From a virus (taxonomy: Duplodnaviria; Caudoviricetes), in IMG/VR virus record IMGVR_UViG_3300038312_000145, positions 1 to 58,513 of that record: a stretch of DNA of 58,513 nucleotides; one strand, 5' to 3'. The notes beneath the pieces are model-generated. The model was not told the DNA's origin. It ran no database searches and saw only the letters and a program-made list of their open reading frames with translations. Of this stretch, positions 37,193-46,421 are shown one piece after another (position 1 is the stretch's first letter; every line of letters begins with the position of its first letter). The translations under genes and the position numbers were made by a program.

Positions 37193-37593
37193 TAATTAAT
37201 AATTATGGCTATGGTAAAGATATTATAAGCCTACATATAGAAGTACCACAGGGTGTACCAAGCACAGAGATTTATAAATCGGTCACTTCTATAGAACAAA
37301 AAATATCAGAAAAATATAAATCACTTGTTATAATTCAAGCTGACCTTACCAATGCAGACGACATGGAAACTGTTAAAATTAAAATGAAGGTATTAGATAT
37401 ATGCAATAGGTTTGATTATATACACAAGATACAAGATTTTAGAATAATCAAAAATACAATAATATTTGATGTAGTTTTAGAAGATGATTACGCAGATATT
37501 ACAAAAGGAAAAATTGAAAATGATTTAAATTCTTTAATTAAAGATTATAAAGTAAAAATAAATCAAATAAGCCGAGAAGGTACGTATATATAG
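37171..37593 (+). pseudogene. 5'-truncated cation diffusion facilitator (CDF) C-terminal domain
   Basis: Start-less frame VHDVIINNYGYGKDIISLHIEVP...IQDFR....IIFDVV, contiguous with ORF 37363..37593. Confidence 0.6.
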
Positions 37594-37604
37594 GAGGGAT
37601 ATTT

Positions 37605-38666
37605 ATGGGCAAGCCATATCCAAGTAGTGATATAGACCAATTACATTTAGATGTTAATACTTTAAATGGCACAGTATCTAATTTAAATACTGATGTAATT
37701 AATCTACAAAATAGTAAGTTAGATGATATTTTTTCAACTGCTTCTGATTCAAATAATGTGTACTCCATTGCTTTAAGTGGGGTAACTAGCTTATCAAGTA
37801 TAGAAAATAAACCTATAAGAGTTAGATTTAATGCTGCAAGCACAGGAAATGTACAAATAAAAGTAAACAGTTTAACTGCAGTTGACTTAGTAGATTATTT
37901 TGGAAACCATGTTACAAATGTAAGACAAGATTTAATTGCAAATATAGTATATTGTATACCTCAAAGTGGAAACCCAAATTTTCAATTGCTGGGTAAAGGG
38001 GGTGGTGGAAACGCAATAGCATCTGACTTACTATATTCTAAAACAGCTACTACAGACGCTGGACAAATAACAGGAACAATGCCTAATAATGGTTCTGTAG
38101 GTGGGACAATTACATCACAAGGTGGAAGTATTTATATACCTGCAGGTTATACAAGCGGTGGAGTTGTAACTGCTAGTTTAAGTGGTGGCGGTTCTGTAGG
38201 TGGTACTATTACTACACAAGGTGGAACTGTCACTATTCCTGCTGGCTATACAAGCGGCGGTACTGTAACAGCTGAATTTGCTAATTTAATTGCTAGTAAT
38301 GTTAAAAATGGTGTAGATATAGGCGGAATTATTGGTAACCTTACAATAGAAAGCCTTGGTGGTAAAAGGACAGCCCAAGGGACAGGCACTATAGATGCAT
38401 CTAGTGTAGCTACAATAGCAAATTTAGATTTTAGACCTTCTACTGTTATATTAGTAACAACAGGTACTTCAAGAATTTATATAGTGCTTTATTGCCCAAT
38501 ATGTGCAATGTATACAAGCAACTGGTATGAAGGAACAGGAGAACCAATAATGACTACCTCTGGAGCAGTTATAACACTTAATGATAATGGTTTTGTTCAT
38601 ACAGTCCAAACAACAGCTGGAGGAGCTATAACTAACACTGATTTTAAATACTTTGCAGTAGAATAG
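37605..38666 (+). CDS. Tail fibre / receptor-binding protein 2
   Basis: FQL.GKGGGG junction; duplicated GSVGGTIT.QGG...IPAGYTSGG; followed by a chaperone. Confidence 0.75.
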   Translation: MGKPYPSSDIDQLHLDVNTLNGTVSNLNTDVINLQNSKLDDIFSTASDSNNVYSIALSGVTSLSSIENKPIRVRFNAASTGNVQIKVNSLTAVDLVDYFGNHVTNVRQDLIANIVYCIPQSGNPNFQLLGKGGGGNAIASDLLYSKTATTDAGQITGTMPNNGSVGGTITSQGGSIYIPAGYTSGGVVTASLSGGGSVGGTITTQGGTVTIPAGYTSGGTVTAEFANLIASNVKNGVDIGGIIGNLTIESLGGKRTAQGTGTIDASSVATIANLDFRPSTVILVTTGTSRIYIVLYCPICAMYTSNWYEGTGEPIMTTSGAVITLNDNGFVHTVQTTAGGAITNTDFKYFAVE

Positions 38667-38676
38667 GAGGGATAAT

Positions 38677-39375
38677 ATGGAGATAGGAAGAAAGATATAT
38701 TATGAAAAATCAACAGGTAATGTTCTTGTTAATACAGGAGAACATCAGGGAGCTGTAAAAGAAACTACTATAGATCAAGATTTCCAATTATATAAAGCAC
38801 TTCAAGACAAGACTAAGGATAGTGTAGGAGTAATACAACTAAACTATGGACAATTATTAGATAAGTTTCAATCTTGTACAGGATATAGTATAGATATAAC
38901 TAAAAATCCTATAGATGCAAGTGCTATTGTTTTTAGTTTTACAACTCCAGAGGCAACTTTAGAAGAAGTTAAAAAAGCTAAAATTAGTGAATTAGAAAAT
39001 GATTGTACAAAAACAAAAGATGGTGGTTTTAAGTCAAGCTGTCTTGGGACCGAAAAAATTTTTGATAGTTCTTCAGAAAACAGAACATTAATAGTAGGAC
39101 TAGCGATGAAAGCTAGTTTAATAGCTAGTGGGGCTAAACTTACAGATAGCACTATCAATTGGAAAGCAAAAGACGATCCAGTATGTTATGCTTGGACACC
39201 ACAGCAAATGATTACGTTAGGTGTTGACTTAAGCACATTTATGACTAATACGATTAAGCGTAAAGAGGAATTACAACAGTATGTAAGCACCTTAACTACA
39301 GTATTAGACGTACAAAAAGTAACATGGGATACAGCAATACCAAGTACTACAGATTCAACTAAAGTAACTGCATAA
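38677..39375 (+). CDS. Tail fibre assembly chaperone (DUF4376-like C-domain)
   Basis: IGRKIYYEK.TGNV N-domain; LEEVKKAKISEL, WKA.D motifs. Confidence 0.65.
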   Translation: MEIGRKIYYEKSTGNVLVNTGEHQGAVKETTIDQDFQLYKALQDKTKDSVGVIQLNYGQLLDKFQSCTGYSIDITKNPIDASAIVFSFTTPEATLEEVKKAKISELENDCTKTKDGGFKSSCLGTEKIFDSSSENRTLIVGLAMKASLIASGAKLTDSTINWKAKDDPVCYAWTPQQMITLGVDLSTFMTNTIKRKEELQQYVSTLTTVLDVQKVTWDTAIPSTTDSTKVTA

Positions 39376-39388
39376 GAGGTGGCATAAA

Positions 39389-39832
39389 TTGAAAATATAC
39401 AAAGATTTAATTCTTATATTTATCATGGGTGCCCTTTACATGGTACTAGAAGGTTTATGGCGAGGCTGGACACATATAAGTATGCTAGTAGTTGGTGGCT
39501 TATCTGCTTTCCTAATAGGAAAGTTAAATGAACATCCTAAATTCTATGATAGAAAAATGTGGCAGGAATGTATAATTGGTACTTTTATAATTCTTGCTTT
39601 AGAATTTACAAGTGGCATGATTTTAAATGTATGGTTTGGCCTTGATATATGGGATTATTCTAATGAGCCTTTTAACTTATATGGACAGATATGTTTGCCT
39701 TATGCTGTACTGTGGTTTTTCCTAGTTCCATTTGCTATATATGTTGATGATTATTTAAGATATAAGTTATTTGAAGAAAAGAAGCCAGAAGGGCTATTAA
39801 AAAATTATAAAGATTTATTTACACTACAATAG
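39389..39832 (+). CDS. Membrane protein (putative ABC-permease-like family common in Firmicute phages)
   Basis: E.LWRG.TH.SM..VGG and IWDYS..PFNL.GQICL motifs. Confidence 0.7.
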   Translation: MKIYKDLILIFIMGALYMVLEGLWRGWTHISMLVVGGLSAFLIGKLNEHPKFYDRKMWQECIIGTFIILALEFTSGMILNVWFGLDIWDYSNEPFNLYGQICLPYAVLWFFLVPFAIYVDDYLRYKLFEEKKPEGLLKNYKDLFTLQ

Positions 39833-39837
39833 AAAGG

Positions 39838-40065
39838 ATGATAAATATGAGTTTAGAAAAAAAGGTATTGATATTCTTTGAAATAGCTATATTATCACTG
39901 CCATTTAACTTTTTAGTTGTTTATCCTATAATAAAACATTTTTCTTCAATTTATAATTTCTTAAATATATGTGGATTCACTATCTTGGCAGAATTAAGTA
40001 TTTATTTTATAGCATTATTTCTATCAGAATTAAAAACAGTAAAATGTAAAGACGGAGGAAAATAA
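39838..40065 (+). CDS. Small 2-TM membrane protein
   Basis: Two hydrophobic segments. Confidence 0.5.
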   Translation: MINMSLEKKVLIFFEIAILSLPFNFLVVYPIIKHFSSIYNFLNICGFTILAELSIYFIALFLSELKTVKCKDGGK

Positions 40066-40448
40066 TGGAAAAACATGTACTTAATTGGATAATCGCAGGC
40101 CTAGGAGTATTAGGGACATGGCTATTTGGGGGATGGGACTTGGCACTAAAAATTTTAGTAGCATTTATGGTAACGGATTATATTACGGGACTTTTTTATG
40201 CCTTTACAGTAAAAACAATAGATTCAAAAGTTGGATTTAAAGGAATTGCAAAGAAATCAGCAATACTGGCAATTTTAATAGTCGGGACACTCCTAGACAG
40301 ACTTATACAAGACAAAACTTTTTTCTTTAGAACCCTTGTTTGTTATTTTTACATATCAAATGAGGGCATTTCTATTTTAGAAAACTGTGGGAAGATGGGA
40401 TTAAAGGCTCCTAAAAAGTTAATGGACACTTTAGAACAACTAAAATAA
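40065..40448 (+). CDS. Holin (toxin-secretion/phage-lysis family)
   Basis: FGGWD, DYITG, S..GFKGI.KK, NEGISILEN motifs. Confidence 0.9.
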   Translation: MEKHVLNWIIAGLGVLGTWLFGGWDLALKILVAFMVTDYITGLFYAFTVKTIDSKVGFKGIAKKSAILAILIVGTLLDRLIQDKTFFFRTLVCYFYISNEGISILENCGKMGLKAPKKLMDTLEQLK

Positions 40449-40459
40449 GGAGGAATTTT

Positions 40460-41467
40460 ATGTTTAAAAAAATAATGCCGTTTTTTACTATAACACTGGT
40501 CTTCATGGCTTGTGTTTTTTTTATGCCTAAAAATGTACAAGCAAGCACAATTTATAAAGGAATTGATGTATACGAAAATTCAGATATTTCAGATTACCAA
40601 GCATTAAAAGATTCTGGCGTTAGTGTTGTAATTCAAAAAGCAAGTGAGGGAAATAATTATAATGATAAATTATTGAGTTACAGAGCTTCTATGTTACCTC
40701 AATATGGTTTTAAGGTGGGATATTATCATTATGCTACAAACAATGGGCAACCAATAACTCAAGCACAACACTTCTTAAATCAAGTGCAAGGACTTCATTT
40801 GGATACTGTACTTTGGCTTGATATAGAAAATCAACCAAATTGGAGTAAAGATGAAGCTATAGATTTTACTAATAAGTTTATAGGTTATGTTCAAAATAGA
40901 GGTTATAAAATAGGCATATACACTGGAATGTCCTTCTATTATGAATATTTAAGTGGAAATGTTGGCAGTGTTCCTTTATGGATTGCTAAATATTCATCTA
41001 CGCCACCAGCTCAATATCCTGATGTTGTTTCATGGCAAAACTCTGAAACAGGACAAGTACCTGGTGTTAGTGGTTATTGTGATACTGACTACTTTAATGA
41101 TTCTATTTTTACAGGGCAGGTGCCTATACAAGAGCTTACAACGCTTCAAAAACAGATACAAGCACTTCAGTATGACTTAAATTTAGACTATAATGCAAAG
41201 CTTGAGTGTGATGGAATAGCAGGGCAAAATACTCTAAATGCGTTAGAAGGTATAAAACCACTATTAGTAAAAGGATACAGAAGCCATGTTATAGAATGGG
41301 TTCAAGAAAAGTTAGTATCTTATGGATATTTAAAAGCTGATTCTTATACTCCTATGACATACGATGAAGCAACTTTTCAAGCCGTAACCAATATGCAAAA
41401 GAATTGGGGACGTGCTACAGATGGAGTTTTTGGACTAGATACGTGGAGTATTTTTTTGAATAACTAA
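40460..41467 (+). CDS. GH25 endolysin with signal peptide and PG-binding domains
   Basis: KGIDV, KASEG, GYYHY, LDIE motifs; C-terminal DG..G..T repeats. Confidence 0.9.
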   Translation: MFKKIMPFFTITLVFMACVFFMPKNVQASTIYKGIDVYENSDISDYQALKDSGVSVVIQKASEGNNYNDKLLSYRASMLPQYGFKVGYYHYATNNGQPITQAQHFLNQVQGLHLDTVLWLDIENQPNWSKDEAIDFTNKFIGYVQNRGYKIGIYTGMSFYYEYLSGNVGSVPLWIAKYSSTPPAQYPDVVSWQNSETGQVPGVSGYCDTDYFNDSIFTGQVPIQELTTLQKQIQALQYDLNLDYNAKLECDGIAGQNTLNALEGIKPLLVKGYRSHVIEWVQEKLVSYGYLKADSYTPMTYDEATFQAVTNMQKNWGRATDGVFGLDTWSIFLNN

Positions 41468-41498
41468 AATATATTATAATTAAATCGGAGGTAAATTT

Positions 41499-42152
41499 AT
41501 GAATAATACATTACTTATTGTTGTTGCTGTGGCTGTAGTCGCTATTTTAATTACTCTACTTATTGCTTATTTGCAAAAGAAAGGCGTAAATGTTAACACA
41601 GTATTAAAAGAGGCTGAAACAGGATTAGAAGAAGCTGAAGTTTGTACAAAAGCTATGATTCAATTAAGTACAGATAAATTAAAAACAGTTTTGGTCCCTA
41701 TAGAAAAGTTAGAAGAATTAGCCCTAATAGGAATAAACGATGTGGAAGACCATATTACAAATGGTGATTTTAAAGATGATGAAACTGGAGACCAGAAAAG
41801 AAATGCAGCAAAAAATTTTGTTTTTAGTGTTTTAAACCAAAATAATATTCAAATTACAGATGATGTAAAAACAATAGTAGATTCTTTGATTAGAAGTAAA
41901 TATTTTTCAAATAAGACTATACAGCAAATTAGTGATAAACTTGATAAATTACATGATAAAGAAATTGCAGATTTAAAGAAACAGAATGATACATTAAAGT
42001 CACAGCTAGATACTGTTATAAGTCAAAATACTTCTTTACAAGCAGATGTTAAAAACGCACAGAATAAACTTACTATAGCACAAAACGCTTTAAATTCTAC
42101 ATCACAATCAGTTAGTGCAAATAATGCAACAACTCAGCCAGTACAAGCTTAA
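41499..42152 (+). CDS. Membrane-anchored coiled-coil protein (holin-like)
   Basis: N-terminal TM helix, G.QKR..A motif, C-terminal coiled coil. Confidence 0.55.
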   Translation: MNNTLLIVVAVAVVAILITLLIAYLQKKGVNVNTVLKEAETGLEEAEVCTKAMIQLSTDKLKTVLVPIEKLEELALIGINDVEDHITNGDFKDDETGDQKRNAAKNFVFSVLNQNNIQITDDVKTIVDSLIRSKYFSNKTIQQISDKLDKLHDKEIADLKKQNDTLKSQLDTVISQNTSLQADVKNAQNKLTIAQNALNSTSQSVSANNATTQPVQA

Positions 42153-42158
42153 AATAAT

Positions 42159-42189
42159 AAAAGAGGGTGTATTTAAACACCCTCTTTTT
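42159..42189. terminator. Bidirectional terminator
   Basis: AAAAGAGGGTGT / ACACCCTCTTTT. Confidence 0.8.
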
Positions 42190-42201
42190 AATATCTTTTG
42201 C

Positions 42202-42420
42202 CGTCAAAAATTCGTCAAAAATAAATCTTATATATCTGTATAATTTAAAATTTAAAATATCTTAAAAAGCTTTTCAAAGTGGCTGTATCACTTATGATTA
42301 TCAACTTTTGCACATTTTAAAATTGATATTACTTATTTAAATTTCAAATTACACTTATGCTTAATATCCCTTGAATTTTCAACAATTGCAGACTCAACGT
42401 CAAAAATTCGTCAAAAATAA
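42202..42420. other. Putative intact attP
   Basis: 23-bp direct repeat CGTCAAAAATTCGTCAAAAATAA at 42202..42224 and 42398..42420 (paired arm-type sites) adjacent to the integrase 3' end. Confidence 0.75.
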
Positions 42421-42421
42421 G

Positions 42422-43501
42422 TTATAAAATTTGATTAATTATTTTAGAAGCATTGTCAAGCATATTATTAGTTACATGTGAATATGTTTTTATTGTTTGC
42501 TCTACATCATGCCCTAACAATTGAGCAACAGTTTTAAAATCTACTCCATTACTTATAAGCATAGTGGCATATGTATGTCTTAATTCATGTACAGATATAT
42601 TATAACCACATTCTTTATAAGTGAGAGACAACCTGGTTGCAATACCATCTACATTTTTTATTTTAAAAAGCCTATTATCAAAATTTATAGGATAACAATC
42701 TTTGTATTTTTTTATCTCCTTTTCCACAGTTTCAGGCATAGGGACAGTCCTATTAGAATTTTTGCTTTTTAGGCTGCCAAAGCCATAAAATTTATTTTCT
42801 ATTAGTTTCCACTGCTTTTCTATTTTTATAGTACATTCCTTGAAACTTATATCATCCCAAGTTAAACCAACTATTTCACCAATTCTTAAACCGCACTTTC
42901 CTGCTAGCAGAGATATGATATAGTATCTTTTATTTTCAATTTTACTTAATAAATCTTCTAATTGAATTTTCGTTAGTGCTGTTTTTTCTTCTTTTTCTTC
43001 TTTAGGAATATCTATATTTATAACTGGACTTGATAGAACGATTCTATATTTATCTTTAGCAGTATTAAAAAAGACTTTGATTTTGCTTAAATATAATTTT
43101 ATCGAAGAACTCTTAAGCCCTTCTTTTATCAGTTTATCTATAATATTTTGTATATCAAGTATCTGTATATCAGCCATTTTTACATAATTTAAGCTTGAAA
43201 ATTTATTAAACGCTCTTTCATACGTAGCAACAGTGTTGTAAGTATTATATAACTTTATATGCTCAATAAATATATCTTTAAATTGTTCAAATGTTATATC
43301 ATCATAATCATGATTTAAAGTGACTTGATTTTTGACGTTTTTTTTCAATTCATCTAACATTTTATCAGCCGCAGTCTTAGCAAGGGACTGCTTTTTAAAT
43401 CCTTGCTTACTTTTCTGCTTCCATTTTCCAGATATATCTTTATAACTTATAATTACCTGGATACCTTTGTCTTTCTTCCTATAAGTTATGTTATATTGCA
43501 T
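42422..43501 (-). CDS. int: Tyrosine integrase
   Basis: GLRIGE, HELRHTYAT, LGH, TYSH motifs; N-terminal arm-binding domain. Confidence 0.95.
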   Translation of the reverse strand: MQYNITYRKKDKGIQVIISYKDISGKWKQKSKQGFKKQSLAKTAADKMLDELKKNVKNQVTLNHDYDDITFEQFKDIFIEHIKLYNTYNTVATYERAFNKFSSLNYVKMADIQILDIQNIIDKLIKEGLKSSSIKLYLSKIKVFFNTAKDKYRIVLSSPVINIDIPKEEKEEKTALTKIQLEDLLSKIENKRYYIISLLAGKCGLRIGEIVGLTWDDISFKECTIKIEKQWKLIENKFYGFGSLKSKNSNRTVPMPETVEKEIKKYKDCYPINFDNRLFKIKNVDGIATRLSLTYKECGYNISVHELRHTYATMLISNGVDFKTVAQLLGHDVEQTIKTYSHVTNNMLDNASKIINQIL

Positions 43502-43504
43502 TAA

Positions 43505-43789
43505 CTATTCCTTCTTTTTATAAAAATTTTTATGCCTAAGTGAACAGCAATGTCTGCATTTAAAATCACAGCATTTTTTTACACCATAGCAATTTACAAA
43601 CAATGCTTTAGTGCATACATTTAAATGCGTTGCTATTTTAGCTAGTTTTAGTAAATCTATATGCTTAATACCTCTCTCCATATCATTTAATTGAGTCTTA
43701 GAAATTCCAGTTAACATGGCAAGTTCTCTAAGTGACATTCCTCTTTCTTTTCTATATTTCTTAATCAATAATTGCATATTATACCTCAA
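43505..43789 (-). CDS. XRE HTH protein with Cys-rich C-terminus
   Basis: HTH plus CYGVKKCCDFKCRHCC. Confidence 0.75.
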   Translation of the reverse strand: MRYNMQLLIKKYRKERGMSLRELAMLTGISKTQLNDMERGIKHIDLLKLAKIATHLNVCTKALFVNCYGVKKCCDFKCRHCCSLRHKNFYKKKE

Positions 43790-44088
43790 TTCGACATATT
43801 TTTTTATATTTATAATTTTACTTTAAAAATTAACTTTAAAATAGTGGTAAATGTTTACAAATATATATGCGTAAAAAATATAGTCGAACGAATTATTGAT
43901 TTGTCCGTAAATAGAGGACAGGAGTGGACTTATAATATAATTAAAAATAGGGGGTGTCGTAATGCTAAATGTGGAATCTAATATAATAAAGGACATTAAG
44001 TTTATAGAAAACGTTATAGAACTACAGAATTTAAAAGCTCCTAATTTAAATTTAATTATTCAATTTATATCACAAAAAAGAAACGAGA

Positions 44089-44505
44089 TTACTCATTCTT
44101 CTTTTTTGTGATGTTTTGAAGTTTTGATTGTAAAGTGATTGATTCTGTTACTAATTTTTGAACTTGTGGCGACATAGTTCCATCCTCATTAATTAAATCC
44201 ATTTCAATCAATTTCTTTACGATCAAGGCAGAAACAGGCCAATCCGTCTCTGGAGCATTATTGCATATTTCTCGTAGAGTTTCTTCTAATGAAAGTTCCT
44301 TATCATCTTCTTTATATAGTCTATCCATAGAAACGCCTAAAGCATTAGCTATTTTTCCTAGCATTTGAGACGAAGGATTTTTTCTTAAGCCTCTTTCTAA
44401 TTTAGATATATAGTCATTTGTTGACCCTATCATCTTTGATAATTGTATTTGAGTTATGCCTTTTTCCATACGTAATTTTCTAATATTCTTACTTATCAAG
44501 TCCAT
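44089..44505 (-). CDS. CI-like repressor
   Basis: XRE HTH (YISKLERG.RKNPS); divergent from the early genes. Confidence 0.85.
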   Translation of the reverse strand: MDLISKNIRKLRMEKGITQIQLSKMIGSTNDYISKLERGLRKNPSSQMLGKIANALGVSMDRLYKEDDKELSLEETLREICNNAPETDWPVSALIVKKLIEMDLINEDGTMSPQVQKLVTESITLQSKLQNITKKKNE

Positions 44506-44619
44506 TTATTTCACCTCAATTTTATGACTAATAGACATAAAATATATTACCACATTTTTTTTAAAATTAAAAGAGAATTAAAGAAATAAGGAGATATTAA
44601 GAGCATTATCTTTCTAAAT

Positions 44620-44672
44620 TAATACTCTAGTCCTAAATATAATTTTACTATTTAGGACTAGAGTATTATTAT
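44620..44672 (+). promoter_or_regulatory. 20-bp perfect inverted repeat overlapping the early promoter
   Basis: 44620..44639 / 44649..44668; TTTACT-17-TATTAT. Confidence 0.75.
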
Positions 44673-44726
44673 ATAAGTGTACTAAAGAGGAGGACAAAAC
44701 AAGATGATTGAAAGGAAGGATACGAG

Positions 44727-45161
44727 TTGATTAAAGTTATGAAACATAGCGATAACATCAAGACTGATTTATCACTTTACAGTAAAGTAAATTTTAATGG
44801 TATTAATTTAATAGCAGATTCTTTACAAATTAAAGATGGGTATCTTTCATTTACTAATGGATTAAATACAATAGCATACAAAGAAATCCCTGATAATTTG
44901 TATATAACAGTTTGCTTTCATTATGGAAATGTAGTAGTTCAATTTAAGAAAAGAGCTGAACTATTGCCAGAAGAATTAGAAGCTTTAAACCAAAAGTATA
45001 ATTTCAAATGGAAAAAATATATTCCTTGGGAATATAAATTTAAAGTTGATATTGTACCTAAGGTTATAGGATTAGTTAGTAAAAAAAATAAAACTCTTTT
45101 TAAGAGAATGGATAAAAGGCTAGAAGAAGGACATAGATGTAGAAACTATTCATGGGTTTAG
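44727..45161 (+). CDS. Hypothetical protein
   Basis: First ORF of the rightward early unit. Confidence 0.5.
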   Translation: MIKVMKHSDNIKTDLSLYSKVNFNGINLIADSLQIKDGYLSFTNGLNTIAYKEIPDNLYITVCFHYGNVVVQFKKRAELLPEELEALNQKYNFKWKKYIPWEYKFKVDIVPKVIGLVSKKNKTLFKRMDKRLEEGHRCRNYSWV

Positions 45162-45298
45162 AAGAAAGGACGGGATAAAACGATGAAGGATACAAGTTGA
45201 AGATAGAAACGCCAAAAATACTTAATGAGGAGGACATACATAGATGATTGCTATAAGAGATTTAAGAAGAGTAAAAACATGATAGGGGGATTGTTAAT

Positions 45299-45529
45299 GT
45301 GAAAATGTATGAAGCTAAACATAGATGTGGATGCAAATTAATCATCATAGATGATAACTATAAAGGCGGGAGTTACCCTTATTGCAAGAAATGCCATATT
45401 AATGTAAAACTTACTCCGGTAAATGTAAAAAATCCAGAATTTAAATTTAAAGAAGTGCCAGTGCTAGTGCCGATAACTAATAATTATTCTGAGTGCCAAT
45501 GCCAGAGCCAGTCAATTAATACAGGTTGA
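45299..45529 (+). CDS. Com-like zinc-finger protein
   Basis: HRCG.KL...YCKKC; the 3' end runs into a large hairpin. Confidence 0.5.
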   Translation: MKMYEAKHRCGCKLIIIDDNYKGGSYPYCKKCHINVKLTPVNVKNPEFKFKEVPVLVPITNNYSECQCQSQSINTG

Positions 45530-45558
45530 TACTGTATTAAATGGCTGGCTCTTTTGTT
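45504..45558 (+). terminator. Large hairpin plus T-tract
   Basis: AGAGCCAGTCA.TTAATACAG / CTGTATTAA.TGGCTGGCTCT. Confidence 0.7.
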
Positions 45559-45577
45559 GCAAGAGAGGAGTACCTAA

Positions 45578-46180
45578 ATGAATAATAAATTTATTCCTAC
45601 AGTGTGTGGAGTTGGATATTTGGGAGAAGGAGCTTATAAGTCTACCATTAAACATAAAAAAACTTCACAATATGAAACTTGGACAAAAATGTTAAAAAGA
45701 TGTTATACGGAAAATATGCTAAAAGTTTATCCAACATATAAAGATTGTAAAGTTTACTATGGGTGGCTTAACTTTCAAAATTTTGCTAAATGGTATGATG
45801 AAAACTATTACCAAATAGAGTGTGAAAGGATGGAACTTGATAAAGATATTTTAATCAAAGGCAATAAAATTTATTCACCTGAAGCTTGCATTTTTGTTAA
45901 CAGAGAAATAAATAGCTTGTTCGTAAGGCAAAAGAAGATAAGAGGCAATCTTCCAATAGGAGTACATTTTAACAAAATAAAGAATAAATATGTAGCCCAA
46001 TGTAGTTATAAAAGTAAGACATATTTTTTAGGAAATTTTAATAACCAAATTGAAGCATTTAAAAAATATAAAGAATTTAAAGAAAATTTAATTAAAGATA
46101 TTGCATATGCACTTAAAAAGCAAATCCCAAAAAGATTATTTGATGCTTTATTAAAATATAGAGTATCTATTGCTGATTGA
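45578..46180 (+). CDS. HNH-like endonuclease with AP2-like DNA-binding C-terminus
   Basis: W..ML.RCY, NFQNFAKW, LDKDIL..GNKIYSP..C.FV...IN, LPIGV motifs. Confidence 0.7.
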   Translation: MNNKFIPTVCGVGYLGEGAYKSTIKHKKTSQYETWTKMLKRCYTENMLKVYPTYKDCKVYYGWLNFQNFAKWYDENYYQIECERMELDKDILIKGNKIYSPEACIFVNREINSLFVRQKKIRGNLPIGVHFNKIKNKYVAQCSYKSKTYFLGNFNNQIEAFKKYKEFKENLIKDIAYALKKQIPKRLFDALLKYRVSIAD

Positions 46181-46209
46181 ATTAATTGACTTTTTATTAA
46201 TAAAAGGAA

Positions 46210-46419
46210 GTGAAGACATTGAGCTTAAAAGAACTATGCAAAAAGAAAGGATTTACTCTAACTGAAATAGCTCGGAAAACTAATACTACAGTAGATTATT
46301 TGTCAAAGTTAAACACAGGAAAAAGGAAAAATCCAACATGGCAATTTGTAAATAGAATTGCAACTATATTAGGGGTTTCGGAAAGTGAAGTTGGAAAATC
46401 AATTACAAAGGAGGATTAG
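46210..46419 (+). CDS. Cro-like HTH protein
   Basis: Recognition helix DYLSKLNTGKRKNP resembles that of the repressor (DYISKLERGLRKNP). Confidence 0.8.
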   Translation: MKTLSLKELCKKKGFTLTEIARKTNTTVDYLSKLNTGKRKNPTWQFVNRIATILGVSESEVGKSITKED

Positions 46420-46421
46420 CG

